Shown: positions 43,516 to 53,242 of the stretch, one piece after another
Layout: each line of letters starts with the position of its first letter
Numbering within the stretch: position 1 is the first letter of the stretch
Assembly (NCBI GenBank): GCA_037442885.1
Contig: JBBIPK010000006.1
Coordinates: forward strand, 4,548 to 68,547
Direction of reading: 5' to 3'
DNA length: 64,000 nt
Source: Acidobacteriota bacterium
GTDB taxonomy: Bacteria > Acidobacteriota > Terriglobia > Acidiferrales > 2-02-FULL-67-57
The notes under the pieces: generated by a model
What the model was told of the DNA's origin: nothing
The model's database searches: none
The model's input: only the letters and a program-made list of their open reading frames with translations
Translations under genes and position numbers: made by a program

Positions 43516-44379
43516 ATGCCAACCGGTGGCAAACAATTGAAACGGATTCTGGTCGTGGACGATGACCCAGACCTCTGTACTGTTCTGAACGACTTACTTT
43601 CGGCCGAATACTCTGTCACTACTCTGCAGACCGGCCTGGACGCCCTCTGGGAACTTCAGCGCCAGCCCTACGACCTCGTCCTGCTCGACATCTGGATGCC
43701 GCGGCTGAATGGCCTGGAGTTGCTGGCCGAGCTGCGCTCGCGCCAGATCCCGGTCAAGGTCATCATCATGACCGGCGACAATACCCCGGAACTGGTGCTG
43801 CGGGCGGTGCGCGAACAAGCCTTCCACTACCTCACCAAACCCTTCAAGCCCCAGGAGCTGCTCGAACTCGTCCGCGGCGCCCTCGCCGCCGCCCCCGAGC
43901 CCGCCCCCATCGAAGTCCTCTCCGCCCGGCGGGACTGGGTCGAGCTGCTGGTTCCCTGCGACTTGACTGTCGCCAACCGCCTGCAGAGCTTCCTCGAACA
44001 GCTCGAGACCGACCTCTCGCCCGACGTCCGCCAGTCTGTTGGAGAAGCCTTTCGGGAAATCCTGCTCAACGCGATCGAGTGGGGCGGAAAGCTCGAGCCG
44101 AACCGCAAGGTGCGCATCGCCTATCTGCGCGCCAAGCGCATGCTGCTCTACCGCATTGCCGACCCCGGCCCTGGCTTCCGCTTCGCAGACCTCAACCACG
44201 CCGCCCTCGCCAACCCACCCGACCAGCCCTTTCAGCACGCGGCAGCTCGCGCCGCCAAAGGCCTGCGCGACGGCGGCTTTGGCATCCTGCTGGCGCGGGC
44301 GAAGGTGGACGAGCTCCTCTACAACGAAGCGCAGAATGAAGTGGTATTGGTGAAGTACCTGGACGAGCCGCGAACCTAG
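43516..44379 (+). CDS. Response-regulator receiver domain fused to an RsbW/SpoIIAB-like HATPase (anti-sigma-type kinase) domain
   Basis: REC: [29 protein letters not shown]-terminal: [13 protein letters not shown]...[10 protein letters not shown]...GFGILLAR. Start placed at ATG 43516, downstream of the promoter. Confidence 0.75.
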   Translation: MPTGGKQLKRILVVDDDPDLCTVLNDLLSAEYSVTTLQTGLDALWELQRQPYDLVLLDIWMPRLNGLELLAELRSRQIPVKVIIMTGDNTPELVLRAVREQAFHYLTKPFKPQELLELVRGALAAAPEPAPIEVLSARRDWVELLVPCDLTVANRLQSFLEQLETDLSPDVRQSVGEAFREILLNAIEWGGKLEPNRKVRIAYLRAKRMLLYRIADPGPGFRFADLNHAALANPPDQPFQHAAARAAKGLRDGGFGILLARAKVDELLYNEAQNEVVLVKYLDEPRT

Positions 44380-46088
44380 TCGCGCTCCGGGCCTTCGAGG
44401 AAGGTGCGCAGCTTGCGGGCGCGGGAGGGGTGGCGCAGCTTCCGCAAGGCCTTGGCCTCAATCTGCCGAATGCGCTCGCGCGTCACGGTGAACGACTGCC
44501 CCACCTCTTCCAGCGTGTGCTCGGAGCCGTCGTCCAGCCCGAAGCGCATCTTGATCACCTTCTCCTCGCGCGGCGTCAGCGTCTTCAGCACCGACTCGGT
44601 CTGCTCCTTCAGGTTCAGGTTGATGACCGCATCGTCGGGCGAGATCACGGCCTTGTCTTCGATGAAATCGCCCAGGTGGGAGTCTTCCTCCTCCCCGATG
44701 GGCGTCTCCAGCGAAATCGGCTCCTGGGCGATCTTGAGCACCTTGCGCACCTTGAACACCGGCAGGTCCATCCGCTTGGCGATTTCCTCCGAGGTCGGCT
44801 CCCGCCCCAGCTCCTGCACCAGTTGCCGCTGGGTGCGCACGAGCTTGTTGATGGTTTCGATCATGTGCACGGGGATGCGGATGGTGCGCGCCTGGTCGGC
44901 GATGGCCCGCGTGATGGCCTGGCGAATCCACCAAGTGGCGTAGGTCGAGAACTTGTAGCCGCGCCGCCACTCGAACTTGTCCACCGCCTTCATCAACCCG
45001 ATGTTGCCTTCCTGGATCAGGTCGAGGAACTGCAGGCCGCGGTTCGTGTACTTCTTGGCGATGGAAACCACCAGGCGCAGGTTGGCCTCGATTAGCTCTT
45101 TCTTCGCCTGGTCGGATTCGGCTTCGCCGCGCTGGATCACCGCCAGCGTGCGGCGGAGCTCCGCCGCCGGCACCTCCGCTGCCTCCTCCAAAGCCGTCAG
45201 GCGCGCGCGCAGCTCCCGCAACTCGCGCACTGCCTCCCGGGCGCTGTCCTCGGAAGCCACCTCCACCCGCCGCTCCAGACGCGCCACCTCGCGCTCCAAG
45301 AGGTTCAACTCGTCCACCGCCTGCCAGACCTTTTCGATCAGCCGCTTGATTTCGGTGTGGCTGAACTCGAGCGTGCGCACGAGCTGGCCGGTTTTCACCC
45401 GCAGCCGCGCCAGGCGGCCGCGGGCGCGCAGGGCCGCGCGCGTCTTGCGCGCGCGGATCTTGTTCATCCGAGCGTAGGCCTTGCGCGCCTCCGCGTGCGC
45501 CTTCTCCACCCGGCCCAGCGTCCGGAGCACCTGCCGGGTCTTGGCCAGCACGCGGTCTTCGCTCAGTTCATCGTCGTCAAACTGGACGACTTCCTTGATG
45601 GAGCGGGTATCCGTGCGCAGCTCTTCGGGAAACTTGAGCAGCTCGTTGATCACGAGCGGCGAGCGCGAGAGCGCCTTCAGCACGCGCACCTGGCCGCGCT
45701 CGATGCGCTGCGCAATCGCCACCTCTCCCTCGCGCGTCAGCAGCGGCACCGTCCCCATCTCGCGCAGGTACATGCGCACGGGGTCGTTGGTCTTCTCCAG
45801 CGTGCCCGGCGTCAGGTCGAGCTCAATCTCCTCGGTCTTTTCGGCTTCGGTTTCGGCTTCCACCTCGGCCGACTCGGGACGCGAGGCGGTAGACTTCGGC
45901 ACCTCCTCCACGATTTCGATCCCGGCGTCGTCGAACACACTCAGGACGTCGTCAATCTCCTCCGAGGAGGTGAGCTCCGAGGGCAACAGTTCGTTGACCT
46001 CGTCGTAGAGCAGATAGCCGCGTGCCTTGCCCATCAGTACCAGTTGGCGAACTTGCTCGTACTTGTCTTCAATCCCCAATGGTGTCAC
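44376..46088 (-). CDS. rpoD: RNA polymerase primary sigma factor (sigma70)
   Basis: Regions 1.1 to 4.2 are present. Motifs: [59 protein letters not shown] and [30 protein letters not shown]. Confidence 0.95.
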   Translation of the reverse strand: MTPLGIEDKYEQVRQLVLMGKARGYLLYDEVNELLPSELTSSEEIDDVLSVFDDAGIEIVEEVPKSTASRPESAEVEAETEAEKTEEIELDLTPGTLEKTNDPVRMYLREMGTVPLLTREGEVAIAQRIERGQVRVLKALSRSPLVINELLKFPEELRTDTRSIKEVVQFDDDELSEDRVLAKTRQVLRTLGRVEKAHAEARKAYARMNKIRARKTRAALRARGRLARLRVKTGQLVRTLEFSHTEIKRLIEKVWQAVDELNLLEREVARLERRVEVASEDSAREAVRELRELRARLTALEEAAEVPAAELRRTLAVIQRGEAESDQAKKELIEANLRLVVSIAKKYTNRGLQFLDLIQEGNIGLMKAVDKFEWRRGYKFSTYATWWIRQAITRAIADQARTIRIPVHMIETINKLVRTQRQLVQELGREPTSEEIAKRMDLPVFKVRKVLKIAQEPISLETPIGEEEDSHLGDFIEDKAVISPDDAVINLNLKEQTESVLKTLTPREEKVIKMRFGLDDGSEHTLEEVGQSFTVTRERIRQIEAKALRKLRHPSRARKLRTFLEGPERD

Positions 46089-46258
46089 ACCTCAGAAGGC
46101 AGGGATCTCGTCATCCCAGGGGCGGAAAAGCCTAAGTCATTGACTTAACGAGGGATACGTGCAACGAGCTCGCTCCGCCCGGCGCAGCCTCCCGCAGGCG
46201 TCCAACTCCGCACTCCCTTAGATGGGCCACGCGGGGCAAAGGTTTGCAAAACCAATCA

Positions 46259-46287
46259 AATCTAGCAAAAACAACCTACTGCGTCAA
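46259..46287 (-). promoter_or_regulatory. Candidate promoter for rpoD overlapping the dnaG stop
   Basis: Minus strand reads TTGACG, 17 nt spacer (ending TGC), TAGATT. This implies a 5' UTR of about 160 nt. Confidence 0.5.
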
Positions 46288-48056
46288 CTCCCTTCCGGCA
46301 CCTGCACGCGCTTCCGCAGGGTTTGTTTCCGCGCCAGCAGTTCGGTGAGCCGTGTCCGGTCGCCGCTCTGCTCGGCCTGCTGAATCTCCCGCTGCAGTTC
46401 CCTCAGCTCCGCTTCGATCCGCCGCTGCTCCAGCGCCGCCAGGCACGAGCGCGCTTCCTCCAGGCTCCCCGAGCCCGCCGAATCGAAAGCCAGCTCAAAC
46501 ACCAGCCGCCGCTCGCCCTCGGCGACGCGCTCGGCCAGCGCCGCCACGTCCACCCCCACGCCCGCCTCGTCCAGCGCCAGCACCTGCTCGAACGCTGCCT
46601 CCAGGGTCGCGCCCCGATGCACGGGGTTATCCCGCAACTCCTTCAACAGGTCGGGCCGGATGTCGGGATTCTCGAGCAGGATTTGCAGCAGCCGTCGCTC
46701 AGCCGGACGCACGTCGGGCGGGCTGAACTCCGTCTTCACCCGCATCTCGCTGCGCCGCTCGGTGGCCGCGCGCCGCAACTCCTCCCGCAACAGCGCTTCT
46801 TCGACGCCCAGCCGCTGCGCGACTTCCGCCGCCCATTCCGCCCGCTGAATCTTGTTCGGGATGCGCGCCAGGTACGGCAACAAGTAGTTGAGCGCCCCCA
46901 CGCGCCCTTCGCGATTCCCCAGGTTGAACTGCGCCCGCGCGCGCGCAATCAGAAACTCCACGTAGCTCAGCGCCCGCCCGGCTTCCGCCCGATAGGCTTC
47001 CGCACCCTTCTCCCGGACGAACTTGTCGGGATCGAAGCCCGCCGGCAGCGCCACCACCCGCGCTTCCAATCCTTGCTCGAGCAGCAGGTTCAACGACCGC
47101 TCCGTGGCCGCCTGCCCGGCCGAATCCGGGTCGTAGCTCACGACGACGCGCCGGTTGAACCGCCCCAGCAGCCGCACCTGCGTCTCGGTCAGGCTGGTGC
47201 CGCAGGTGGCGACCACGTTGGGCAGGCCGGCTTCGTGCACCGCGATGCAGTCCATATAGCCTTCCACCAGCAGCGCCGCGTCGCCCCGCCGGATGGATTC
47301 CTTGGCCCGGTCGAGGTTGTAGAGCACGCGGCTCTTGGAATAAATCGGCGTTTCGGGCGAGTTCAGATACTTGGGCGTGTCCTCGCCCATCGCTCGCCCA
47401 CCGAAGGCGACAATGCGCCCGCTCTCGGTCGCAATCGGGAACATAATGCGCCGGCGGAAGCGGTCGTAGTGCGTCCCCCGGTCGTCTTTGTTCACGAGGC
47501 CGCTTGCTTCCAGCAACTCGTTCGCGTAGCCCGCCGCCCGCAGCATCCGCACCAGCGCATCTCCGCCCGCCGGCGCATACCCGATGCCGAACTCCTCCAT
47601 CGTCTTCTCCGTCAGCCCGCGGTCGTGGAGGTAGCCGCGCACCATCTTCCCTTCTGCCGTCGTCGCCAACTGCTCGGCGAAGAACCGCGCCGCACGCGTA
47701 TGCATCTCCACCAGCCGCGTCCGCACCCGCGTCGTCTTTTCTTCCTCTGCCGTGCGCGGGCGCCGCTCTGGCAGCGCAATCCCGCACTTGGTCGCCACCA
47801 GCCGCAGCGCCTCCGGAAAGCTCACCTTCTCCATCTCCATCACGAACTTGAAGACGTCCCCACCCGCGCCGCAGCCGAAGCAGTGGTAAATCTGCTTCAC
47901 CGGATGCACCGCAAACGACGGCGTCTTCTCCGTGTGGAAGGGGCACAGCCCCAGGAAGTTCTGCCCCCCTTTCTTCAGACGGACATAGTCGCCCACCACG
48001 CGGACAATGTCCGCCTGCTGCTTGACCCGATCGGCGATGCTCCCCGGCTCCGCCAT
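46284..48056 (-). CDS. dnaG: DNA primase
   Basis: Zn ribbon CPFHTEKTPSFAVHP..YHCFGCGAGGD, TOPRIM (LLVEGYMD, VVSYDPDSAG). Start at ATG 48056; the upstream part of ORF ..48194 is repeat-derived. Confidence 0.9.
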   Translation of the reverse strand: MAEPGSIADRVKQQADIVRVVGDYVRLKKGGQNFLGLCPFHTEKTPSFAVHPVKQIYHCFGCGAGGDVFKFVMEMEKVSFPEALRLVATKCGIALPERRPRTAEEEKTTRVRTRLVEMHTRAARFFAEQLATTAEGKMVRGYLHDRGLTEKTMEEFGIGYAPAGGDALVRMLRAAGYANELLEASGLVNKDDRGTHYDRFRRRIMFPIATESGRIVAFGGRAMGEDTPKYLNSPETPIYSKSRVLYNLDRAKESIRRGDAALLVEGYMDCIAVHEAGLPNVVATCGTSLTETQVRLLGRFNRRVVVSYDPDSAGQAATERSLNLLLEQGLEARVVALPAGFDPDKFVREKGAEAYRAEAGRALSYVEFLIARARAQFNLGNREGRVGALNYLLPYLARIPNKIQRAEWAAEVAQRLGVEEALLREELRRAATERRSEMRVKTEFSPPDVRPAERRLLQILLENPDIRPDLLKELRDNPVHRGATLEAAFEQVLALDEAGVGVDVAALAERVAEGERRLVFELAFDSAGSGSLEEARSCLAALEQRRIEAELRELQREIQQAEQSGDRTRLTELLARKQTLRKRVQVPEGS

Positions 48057-48060
48057 CCTT

Positions 48061-48090
48061 CGAAACTCGAAAAGCGAAATTCGAAACTCG
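48061..48090. repeat. Tandem heptamer array (CGAAAYT type) x4
   Basis: CGAAACT CGAAAAG CGAAATT CGAAACT CG. Inverted relative to the array at 48493-48525. Confidence 0.85.
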
Positions 48091-48094
48091 CTAG

Positions 48095-48532
48095 CTACTC
48101 TTCCCTTGATCCCCGTGCCCGTTTCCCGGTAGCCCGAATGTACCCATTTAGCACCTGTATTACCCGCTGAACAAACGCATCTATCTCGCGCCATTCTCTT
48201 TCTGAGAGGTAGCCCGCGTCCAGAGCTGTGGTGAGGTGATCACGCAGTTCGTAGGCCGAACCGCGCGCTTGGCGACAGAACTGGGTGTTTTCTCGATACG
48301 AAAACCGACCGAATCCTTCCGCGATGTTGGCCGTAATTGAAATCGCCGCGCGGCGAAGCTGTGGGGTCAGAATATGTCTTTCCTCGGCAGAAACCTTCGT
48401 CGTCAACTGATGGATTTTTTGCCGTAATTCTCGTGCTAACTTCCACGCATCTAGGTCGGTGAAGTCTCTGACGCGCAGTCGTGAAGTCTGGCCGAGTTTC
48501 GAGTTTCGAGTTTCGAGTTTCGAATCAGCCAT
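48095..48532 (-). CDS. Four-helix-bundle protein (23S rRNA intervening-sequence protein family)
   Basis: DAWKLARELRQKIHQLT...LRRAAISITANIAEGFGR....F..ARGSAYELRDHL. The N-terminal SKLETRNSKLG is encoded by the heptamer array. Confidence 0.85.
   Translation of the reverse strand: MADSKLETRNSKLGQTSRLRVRDFTDLDAWKLARELRQKIHQLTTKVSAEERHILTPQLRRAAISITANIAEGFGRFSYRENTQFCRQARGSAYELRDHLTTALDAGYLSEREWREIDAFVQRVIQVLNGYIRATGKRARGSREE
48493..48525. repeat. Tandem heptamer array (CGAGTTT)x4
   Basis: Four exact CGAGTTT units followed by CGAATC. Lies within the first codons of the four-helix-bundle gene. Confidence 0.9.
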
Positions 48533-50946
48533 TACGGATTGCTCCGGAGCACAACCAGCGTGGCGCCGGGGCCGCCGTGCTCGCGGTCGGCTTCGCGCAC
48601 TGATTCGACGTGCGGGTGCGTCGCCAGAAACTCTGCCAGGGCTTGCTTCAGCTTGCCCGTGCCAATGCCGTGCACGATGCGTACTTCGCCGTGGCCCGCA
48701 AGTACGGCTTCGTCCAAGAACTTGTCCACTTTCGCCAGCGCCTCCTCCACCCGCAGCCCCCGCACATTCATCTCGGTTGGAACCGCCGCGGTTTTAGGTT
48801 TTTCTATTTTCCAATTTCTCTTTTCTGGTTTCGGTTTTTCTATGGCTACGATGTCATCCAGTGCCACGCGCATTCGCAGGCTGCCCATCTGGACTTCCGC
48901 CGTGCGCGCGTCCAGCTTCCGCAGCACCTGCCCCTTCTGTTGAATCCCGCGAACGCGTATCCACACGCCGGGCACCACTTCCTCGGGCTCCACGCGCGCT
49001 TCCGGCACCGCGTCCCGAAGCTGCGGGATTGCCGCCCTCTCGCCCAGATGCGACACGACCGCCGCATCGAAGGCCTCTTTCGCTTCTGCCTGCGCACGGC
49101 CCGCCTGCCGCGCGGCGGCTTTCTCCGCCCGGCTGCGCGCCGCCGGCTCGCGAATCCCCTCCAGCACGCCGCGTAGCTCCGCACGGAACTGCTTGAGGAG
49201 GGCTTCCAACTCGCGCTCGAGCTCGCCCAGCTTCGCCCGCTGCGCCTTCAGCCACTCCTGGCGTACCGCCTCGCGCTCGGCGCGCAGCCGCTCCAGCTCC
49301 GACCGCACTTCACCCTGCAACTGCTCCAGTTCCTGCTGGGTGCGATGGAGCGAGCGAATGAACTCCGCGTTCTCGGCGGCCTCGGCAGTAAGCTTGCGGC
49401 GGGCCTCGGCAACAATTTCTCCCGGCAGACCCAGCCGCGCCGCCATCTCAATCCCGCTCGACACGCCCGGCACACCCAACAGCAACCGATAAGTTGGCCG
49501 CAGATTCACCTCATCGAATTCCACCGCCGCGTTCAACGCGCCCGGCGTCGCAGCGGCATAGGCCTTCAGCCGCTCGTGGTGCGTCGTGGCGACGACCATC
49601 GCCCCGGCCCGCCGGAAATGCTCGAGCAGCGCAATCCCCAGCGCCGCGCCTTCCTCCGGGCTGGTGGCCGCGCCCAACTCGTCGAGCAGCACGAGCGAGT
49701 GAGCGTTGGCCTCCCTCGTCATCTCCCGCAGGTTCAGAACGTGGGCCGAAAAAGTGGACAGATTTTCCACGATGGACTGCTCATCCCCGATGTCGGCCAG
49801 CACGTGCTCAAAGATCGGCAGGCGCGCTTCCTCAGCCGCCACCGGAATCGCCGCCTGCGCCGCCAGTGCCGCCAGCCCGATGGTCTTCACTGCCACCGTC
49901 TTCCCGCCCGCGTTCGGCCCGCTGATGACCAGCACGTGCTGGTCGGATTTCAACTCGACTGAAATCGGTACGACCGCGCCGTTGACCGCAGCCGCGCGGC
50001 GGGCCGCCTCGAGCAGCGGGTGCCGCACCGCGCGCAGCGTCAACGTCGAGTCGGCGCCGAACTGTGGGATGATGCAGTGGAAATCGCGGGCAAAGCGCGC
50101 GCGGGCAAAAAGCGCATCGAGATGCCCGATGATCTCCGCCGCCCGCTGGAGCACAGCGCGCCGCGCTGCCAGCCGGCGCGTCAACTCCGCCAGGATGCGC
50201 TGGACTTCAGCCGCTTCGCGCTCGCGCAACGCCACCAGCTCATTATTCAGCGCGATGGTTTCCAGCGGCTCGAGAAAAAGGGTCTGCCCGGTGCGGCTTT
50301 CGGCGTGCACGACGCCGTCGGGACGGCTGCGGGCGTCGGTGCGGATGGGCAGCACCAGGCGGCCGCTGCGCAGCGTGATGAACTCATCCTGCAAGGCCGC
50401 GCGGGCGGCAGCTTCTTCCAGCACGCGGCGCAGCGCCCGATGGAGCTTCTGCTCGGTGCGCTGGATCTCGGCGCGAACGTCGGCCAGCTCCGGCGAGGCG
50501 TAGGTGTCCATCTCCCCGCCAGGCAGGATCTTGCGCCGGATGTCGCGCTCCAGCGCCGAATGGTCTTCCAGTTCGGCGACAAGCTGGCGCAAACCGGGAA
50601 GCAGTTGCCGGAAGCGTGGCGCACCCAGCGTCGTCCGCGCCTGCGCGGCCGCATTCAGCAACGTCGCCAGTTCGAGAATTTCCGTGGGCGCCAGCACAGC
50701 GTCGCGGACGCCCAGTCGCGCCAGCAGTGCGGCCGGATCCGCCAGACTCGCAAACCCGAGGTCGTTCCCCTGGCGGATGAATTCCCCCGCTTCGGCGACG
50801 AGAGCAAGCTCCCGCTCAATCCAGGCGCGGTCGGTGGAGGGCGCGAGCGCTTCAGCGGCCGCGCGGCCGAGCGGGCAGGTTGTCCGCGCACATACCAGCG
50901 CCCGCAATTGAGGGAATTCCAAGCGCTCGAAGGCTTCGGGATTCAT
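48532..50946 (-). CDS. mutS2: Endonuclease MutS2 (MutS domain plus C-terminal Smr)
   Basis: Walker A ISGPNAGGKT, DELGAATSPEEG, coiled-coil region, Smr domain (NVRGLRVEEA...IVHGIGTGKL). Alternative start at 50970. Confidence 0.9.
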   Translation of the reverse strand: MNPEAFERLEFPQLRALVCARTTCPLGRAAAEALAPSTDRAWIERELALVAEAGEFIRQGNDLGFASLADPAALLARLGVRDAVLAPTEILELATLLNAAAQARTTLGAPRFRQLLPGLRQLVAELEDHSALERDIRRKILPGGEMDTYASPELADVRAEIQRTEQKLHRALRRVLEEAAARAALQDEFITLRSGRLVLPIRTDARSRPDGVVHAESRTGQTLFLEPLETIALNNELVALREREAAEVQRILAELTRRLAARRAVLQRAAEIIGHLDALFARARFARDFHCIIPQFGADSTLTLRAVRHPLLEAARRAAAVNGAVVPISVELKSDQHVLVISGPNAGGKTVAVKTIGLAALAAQAAIPVAAEEARLPIFEHVLADIGDEQSIVENLSTFSAHVLNLREMTREANAHSLVLLDELGAATSPEEGAALGIALLEHFRRAGAMVVATTHHERLKAYAAATPGALNAAVEFDEVNLRPTYRLLLGVPGVSSGIEMAARLGLPGEIVAEARRKLTAEAAENAEFIRSLHRTQQELEQLQGEVRSELERLRAEREAVRQEWLKAQRAKLGELERELEALLKQFRAELRGVLEGIREPAARSRAEKAAARQAGRAQAEAKEAFDAAVVSHLGERAAIPQLRDAVPEARVEPEEVVPGVWIRVRGIQQKGQVLRKLDARTAEVQMGSLRMRVALDDIVAIEKPKPEKRNWKIEKPKTAAVPTEMNVRGLRVEEALAKVDKFLDEAVLAGHGEVRIVHGIGTGKLKQALAEFLATHPHVESVREADREHGGPGATLVVLRSNP
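48790..48843. repeat. Degenerate heptamer array embedded in mutS2 coding sequence
   Basis: GTTTTAG GTTTTTCT ATTTTCCA ATTTCTC TTTTCTG GTTTCG GTTTTTCT. Encodes IEKPKPEKRNWKIEKPKT just before the Smr domain. Confidence 0.65.
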
Positions 50947-51037
50947 GCAGGGAGCCTGCGAAGAAGCCATCCTAGGCCGCCCCCGCTAGCCTGTCAATCC
51001 GCACCGCCACCGGCGAGACGCCGATGCCACCGAATTG

Positions 51038-51553
51038 TCAAACCCTGCAGTGCTCTTGGAGCAGGGTAACTGCTTCTTGCGGGGCTCCGGCTCGGAGCAC
51101 GAAATGGCGCGCGTTCTCCTTGCGGCCCACCAGATCAAGCACGGGCTGCCAGAAGTCGCCCAAGACGACGAGGGGTTTACGGGCGAGGAAGCCTTTGTTC
51201 AGCAGTTCCCAGATGACGGCGAGTTCGGCCAGCGTGCCGGTGCCACCAGGTAGCACCACGTAGCCGTCGCCGCGGCGGATGAGCTCAAACAAGCGATCCT
51301 GCCAGGTCTTGACGCGCACTTCCTCCACCACCCAGGCATTGGCGGCCGAGCCGAAGACTTCAGCGGTGACGCCGATGGTGTGGCCGCCGGCTTCGCGCGC
51401 ACCCCGCGAGACGCCTTCCATCACGCCGCCGTAGCCACCGGTGCAGACCGTAAATCCCACGCGCGCGAGCGCCGACCCGAGTTCCCGCGCGGTCTCGTAT
51501 TCCGCCGTGCCCGGCGCCGGCTGCGAACTGCCAAAGACGGTTACAACGGTCAC
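51038..51553 (-). CDS. LOG / TIGR00725-family Rossmann-fold nucleotide-binding protein
   Basis: VTVFGSS, GGYGGVMEGVSRGA, PGGTGTLAEL motif. GTG start. Confidence 0.8.
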   Translation of the reverse strand: MTVVTVFGSSQPAPGTAEYETARELGSALARVGFTVCTGGYGGVMEGVSRGAREAGGHTIGVTAEVFGSAANAWVVEEVRVKTWQDRLFELIRRGDGYVVLPGGTGTLAELAVIWELLNKGFLARKPLVVLGDFWQPVLDLVGRKENARHFVLRAGAPQEAVTLLQEHCRV

Positions 51554-51554
51554 T

Positions 51555-51582
51555 GTTTTCTAGTTTCTCTTTTCCGGTCTCG
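51555..51582. repeat. Degenerate heptamer array at the dacB 3' end
   Basis: GTTTTCT AGTTTCT CTTTTCC GGTCTCG. Encodes the dacB C-terminal ..RPEKRN. Confidence 0.6.
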
Positions 51583-53242
51583 TTGCTGCCGGCGGCAGTT
51601 CAGCCAAGAGGGCGGCGAGCTCGTCAATCAGGTCGAGGGCGCGCTGGTTTTCGAGCGTGTGGTGATTGACGAAGATAGCGAACAGCAACGGCTCGCCGCT
51701 CTGCGTCTCGATGAACCCGGCCAGCGCGTTCACGCTGCCTAGGGTGCCGGTCTTGGCGCGCACGCGGTTGTAGGCCGGCCCCTGTTTCATCCGGTCTTTC
51801 AGCGTGCCGTCCACGCCCGCCGCTGGCAGCGCCGCCAGAAACGCTTCGCGCCAGGGCTGCGCTTGAACGAACTTCAGCCATTGCACGACCCCGTGCGGTG
51901 TGACCAGATTCCCCCGCGCAAGTCCCGAGCCGTCCTCCAGGACAACGTCGTGCGGATTCACCCCCGCATTGGCCAGCAGGGCGCGAAGCACTTCCAGGCC
52001 CGCCTCGGCGCTGCCGTTGCCCAGCCGCGGCGGGCGCTCGTCTGGCTTCAACTTGCGCGGCGGCAGAGGCGAGGCCGGCGGCAACTTCCGTCCCAGCAAG
52101 CGCAGAAGCATCTCCGCGTGCAGGTTCTGGCTCTCTTTGAGAATCACCTTGACACCTTCGCTCAGAGGCAGCGACAGATGCTCGGCGAGAACGGTACGGG
52201 CTTCGGCGGCGTCCTCAGCCCGCGTAATCTCCGGCGCCTCCACCGTGGGCGTCGCGTGGTGGACACGCAGGCTGCCTTCGACGCGCACCCCGCGGGCTTC
52301 GAGCAAGGCGCGGAAAGCAGCAGCGGCAAACTCGGCCGGCTCATCGACCGCCAGAACGAGCTCACGCGCCTTTTGATCAAGTGCGATGGTGCCGCTGAGG
52401 GTCAGCTCGCGCCCCCCCGGCTCGCGCCGCAGCGAAAGCTCCGTGCGGTCGCCGGAGGCAACGGTGGCGATGCGATTGACGGCGCGGAAATAGCCGGTCT
52501 CCGGCAGCCAACTGAGCCGCGCGGGGTCGCCTTCACGCTCGCCGGGCTCGACCCGCAGCGTGACGCTATTGTCGTTGACCGCCAGCGCCGAGACGGCCGC
52601 GCCGTAACTCCAGAGCGTATCGCCCACGGCCCAGTCGGCAGGGAAGCGTTCGGGTGCGAAGAACGAGTCGTCGGCGATGAGATCGCCGGTGATGACGCGC
52701 ACGCCGGCTGCCACCACTTGGTCGGCGAGTTTTTCGAGAACAACCAGCGGTGGCTCCCAGGTTTCGCGCTTCTGGAATTCGACCGCGTAGGGCAGGCGGC
52801 GGCCGGAAAGATTGGGATCGCCGCGCCCGACCAGGTAGAGGTCGCCAAGGAGCCGCCCGAAAGCATCCACGCGCGCGGTAGTCTCAACCGTGGTGCGGAA
52901 TTGGTAGTCCGCCCCATAGACAGCCAGGGTGGCGCCGCTCGTAAAGAGTTTGGTGACAGAAGCGGGGGTGAAGAAGCGGTGGGCATTGAGCGAGTAGAGA
53001 GTCTGGCCGCGCTGCGGGGCAAACACTTCGATGCCCCAGAAGCCGCGGTCGGCTTCCCCCCGGCCGATGACCTCTCCGATGCGCTCCGCCAGCCAGCGCT
53101 CGGCGGCAGTTGGCCGTGCCCGCCGCTGTGCCGATAGAGGCAAAGGAAGCACAAGAGGCAGAAGAAGCAGAGGAACTAGGAAAAGCGCAGAACGCAACCG
53201 GCGTTCGGTTCCCGTTTCCCAGTTCCCGATTCGGGGTGCCAT
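51560..53242 (-). CDS. dacB: D-alanyl-D-alanine carboxypeptidase/endopeptidase (PBP4, S13 family)
   Basis: SxxK (PASVTKLFT), KTGT (RAKTGTLGSVN), signal peptide, about 560 aa. Confidence 0.85.
   Translation of the reverse strand: MAPRIGNWETGTERRLRSALFLVPLLLLPLVLPLPLSAQRRARPTAAERWLAERIGEVIGRGEADRGFWGIEVFAPQRGQTLYSLNAHRFFTPASVTKLFTSGATLAVYGADYQFRTTVETTARVDAFGRLLGDLYLVGRGDPNLSGRRLPYAVEFQKRETWEPPLVVLEKLADQVVAAGVRVITGDLIADDSFFAPERFPADWAVGDTLWSYGAAVSALAVNDNSVTLRVEPGEREGDPARLSWLPETGYFRAVNRIATVASGDRTELSLRREPGGRELTLSGTIALDQKARELVLAVDEPAEFAAAAFRALLEARGVRVEGSLRVHHATPTVEAPEITRAEDAAEARTVLAEHLSLPLSEGVKVILKESQNLHAEMLLRLLGRKLPPASPLPPRKLKPDERPPRLGNGSAEAGLEVLRALLANAGVNPHDVVLEDGSGLARGNLVTPHGVVQWLKFVQAQPWREAFLAALPAAGVDGTLKDRMKQGPAYNRVRAKTGTLGSVNALAGFIETQSGEPLLFAIFVNHHTLENQRALDLIDELAALLAELPPAATRPEKRN
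53207..53236. repeat. Heptamer-like array (GTTYCCN) at the dacB 5' end
   Basis: GGTTCCC GTTTCCCA GTTCCCGA TTCGGGG. Encodes the N-terminal PRIGNWETGT. Confidence 0.6.
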
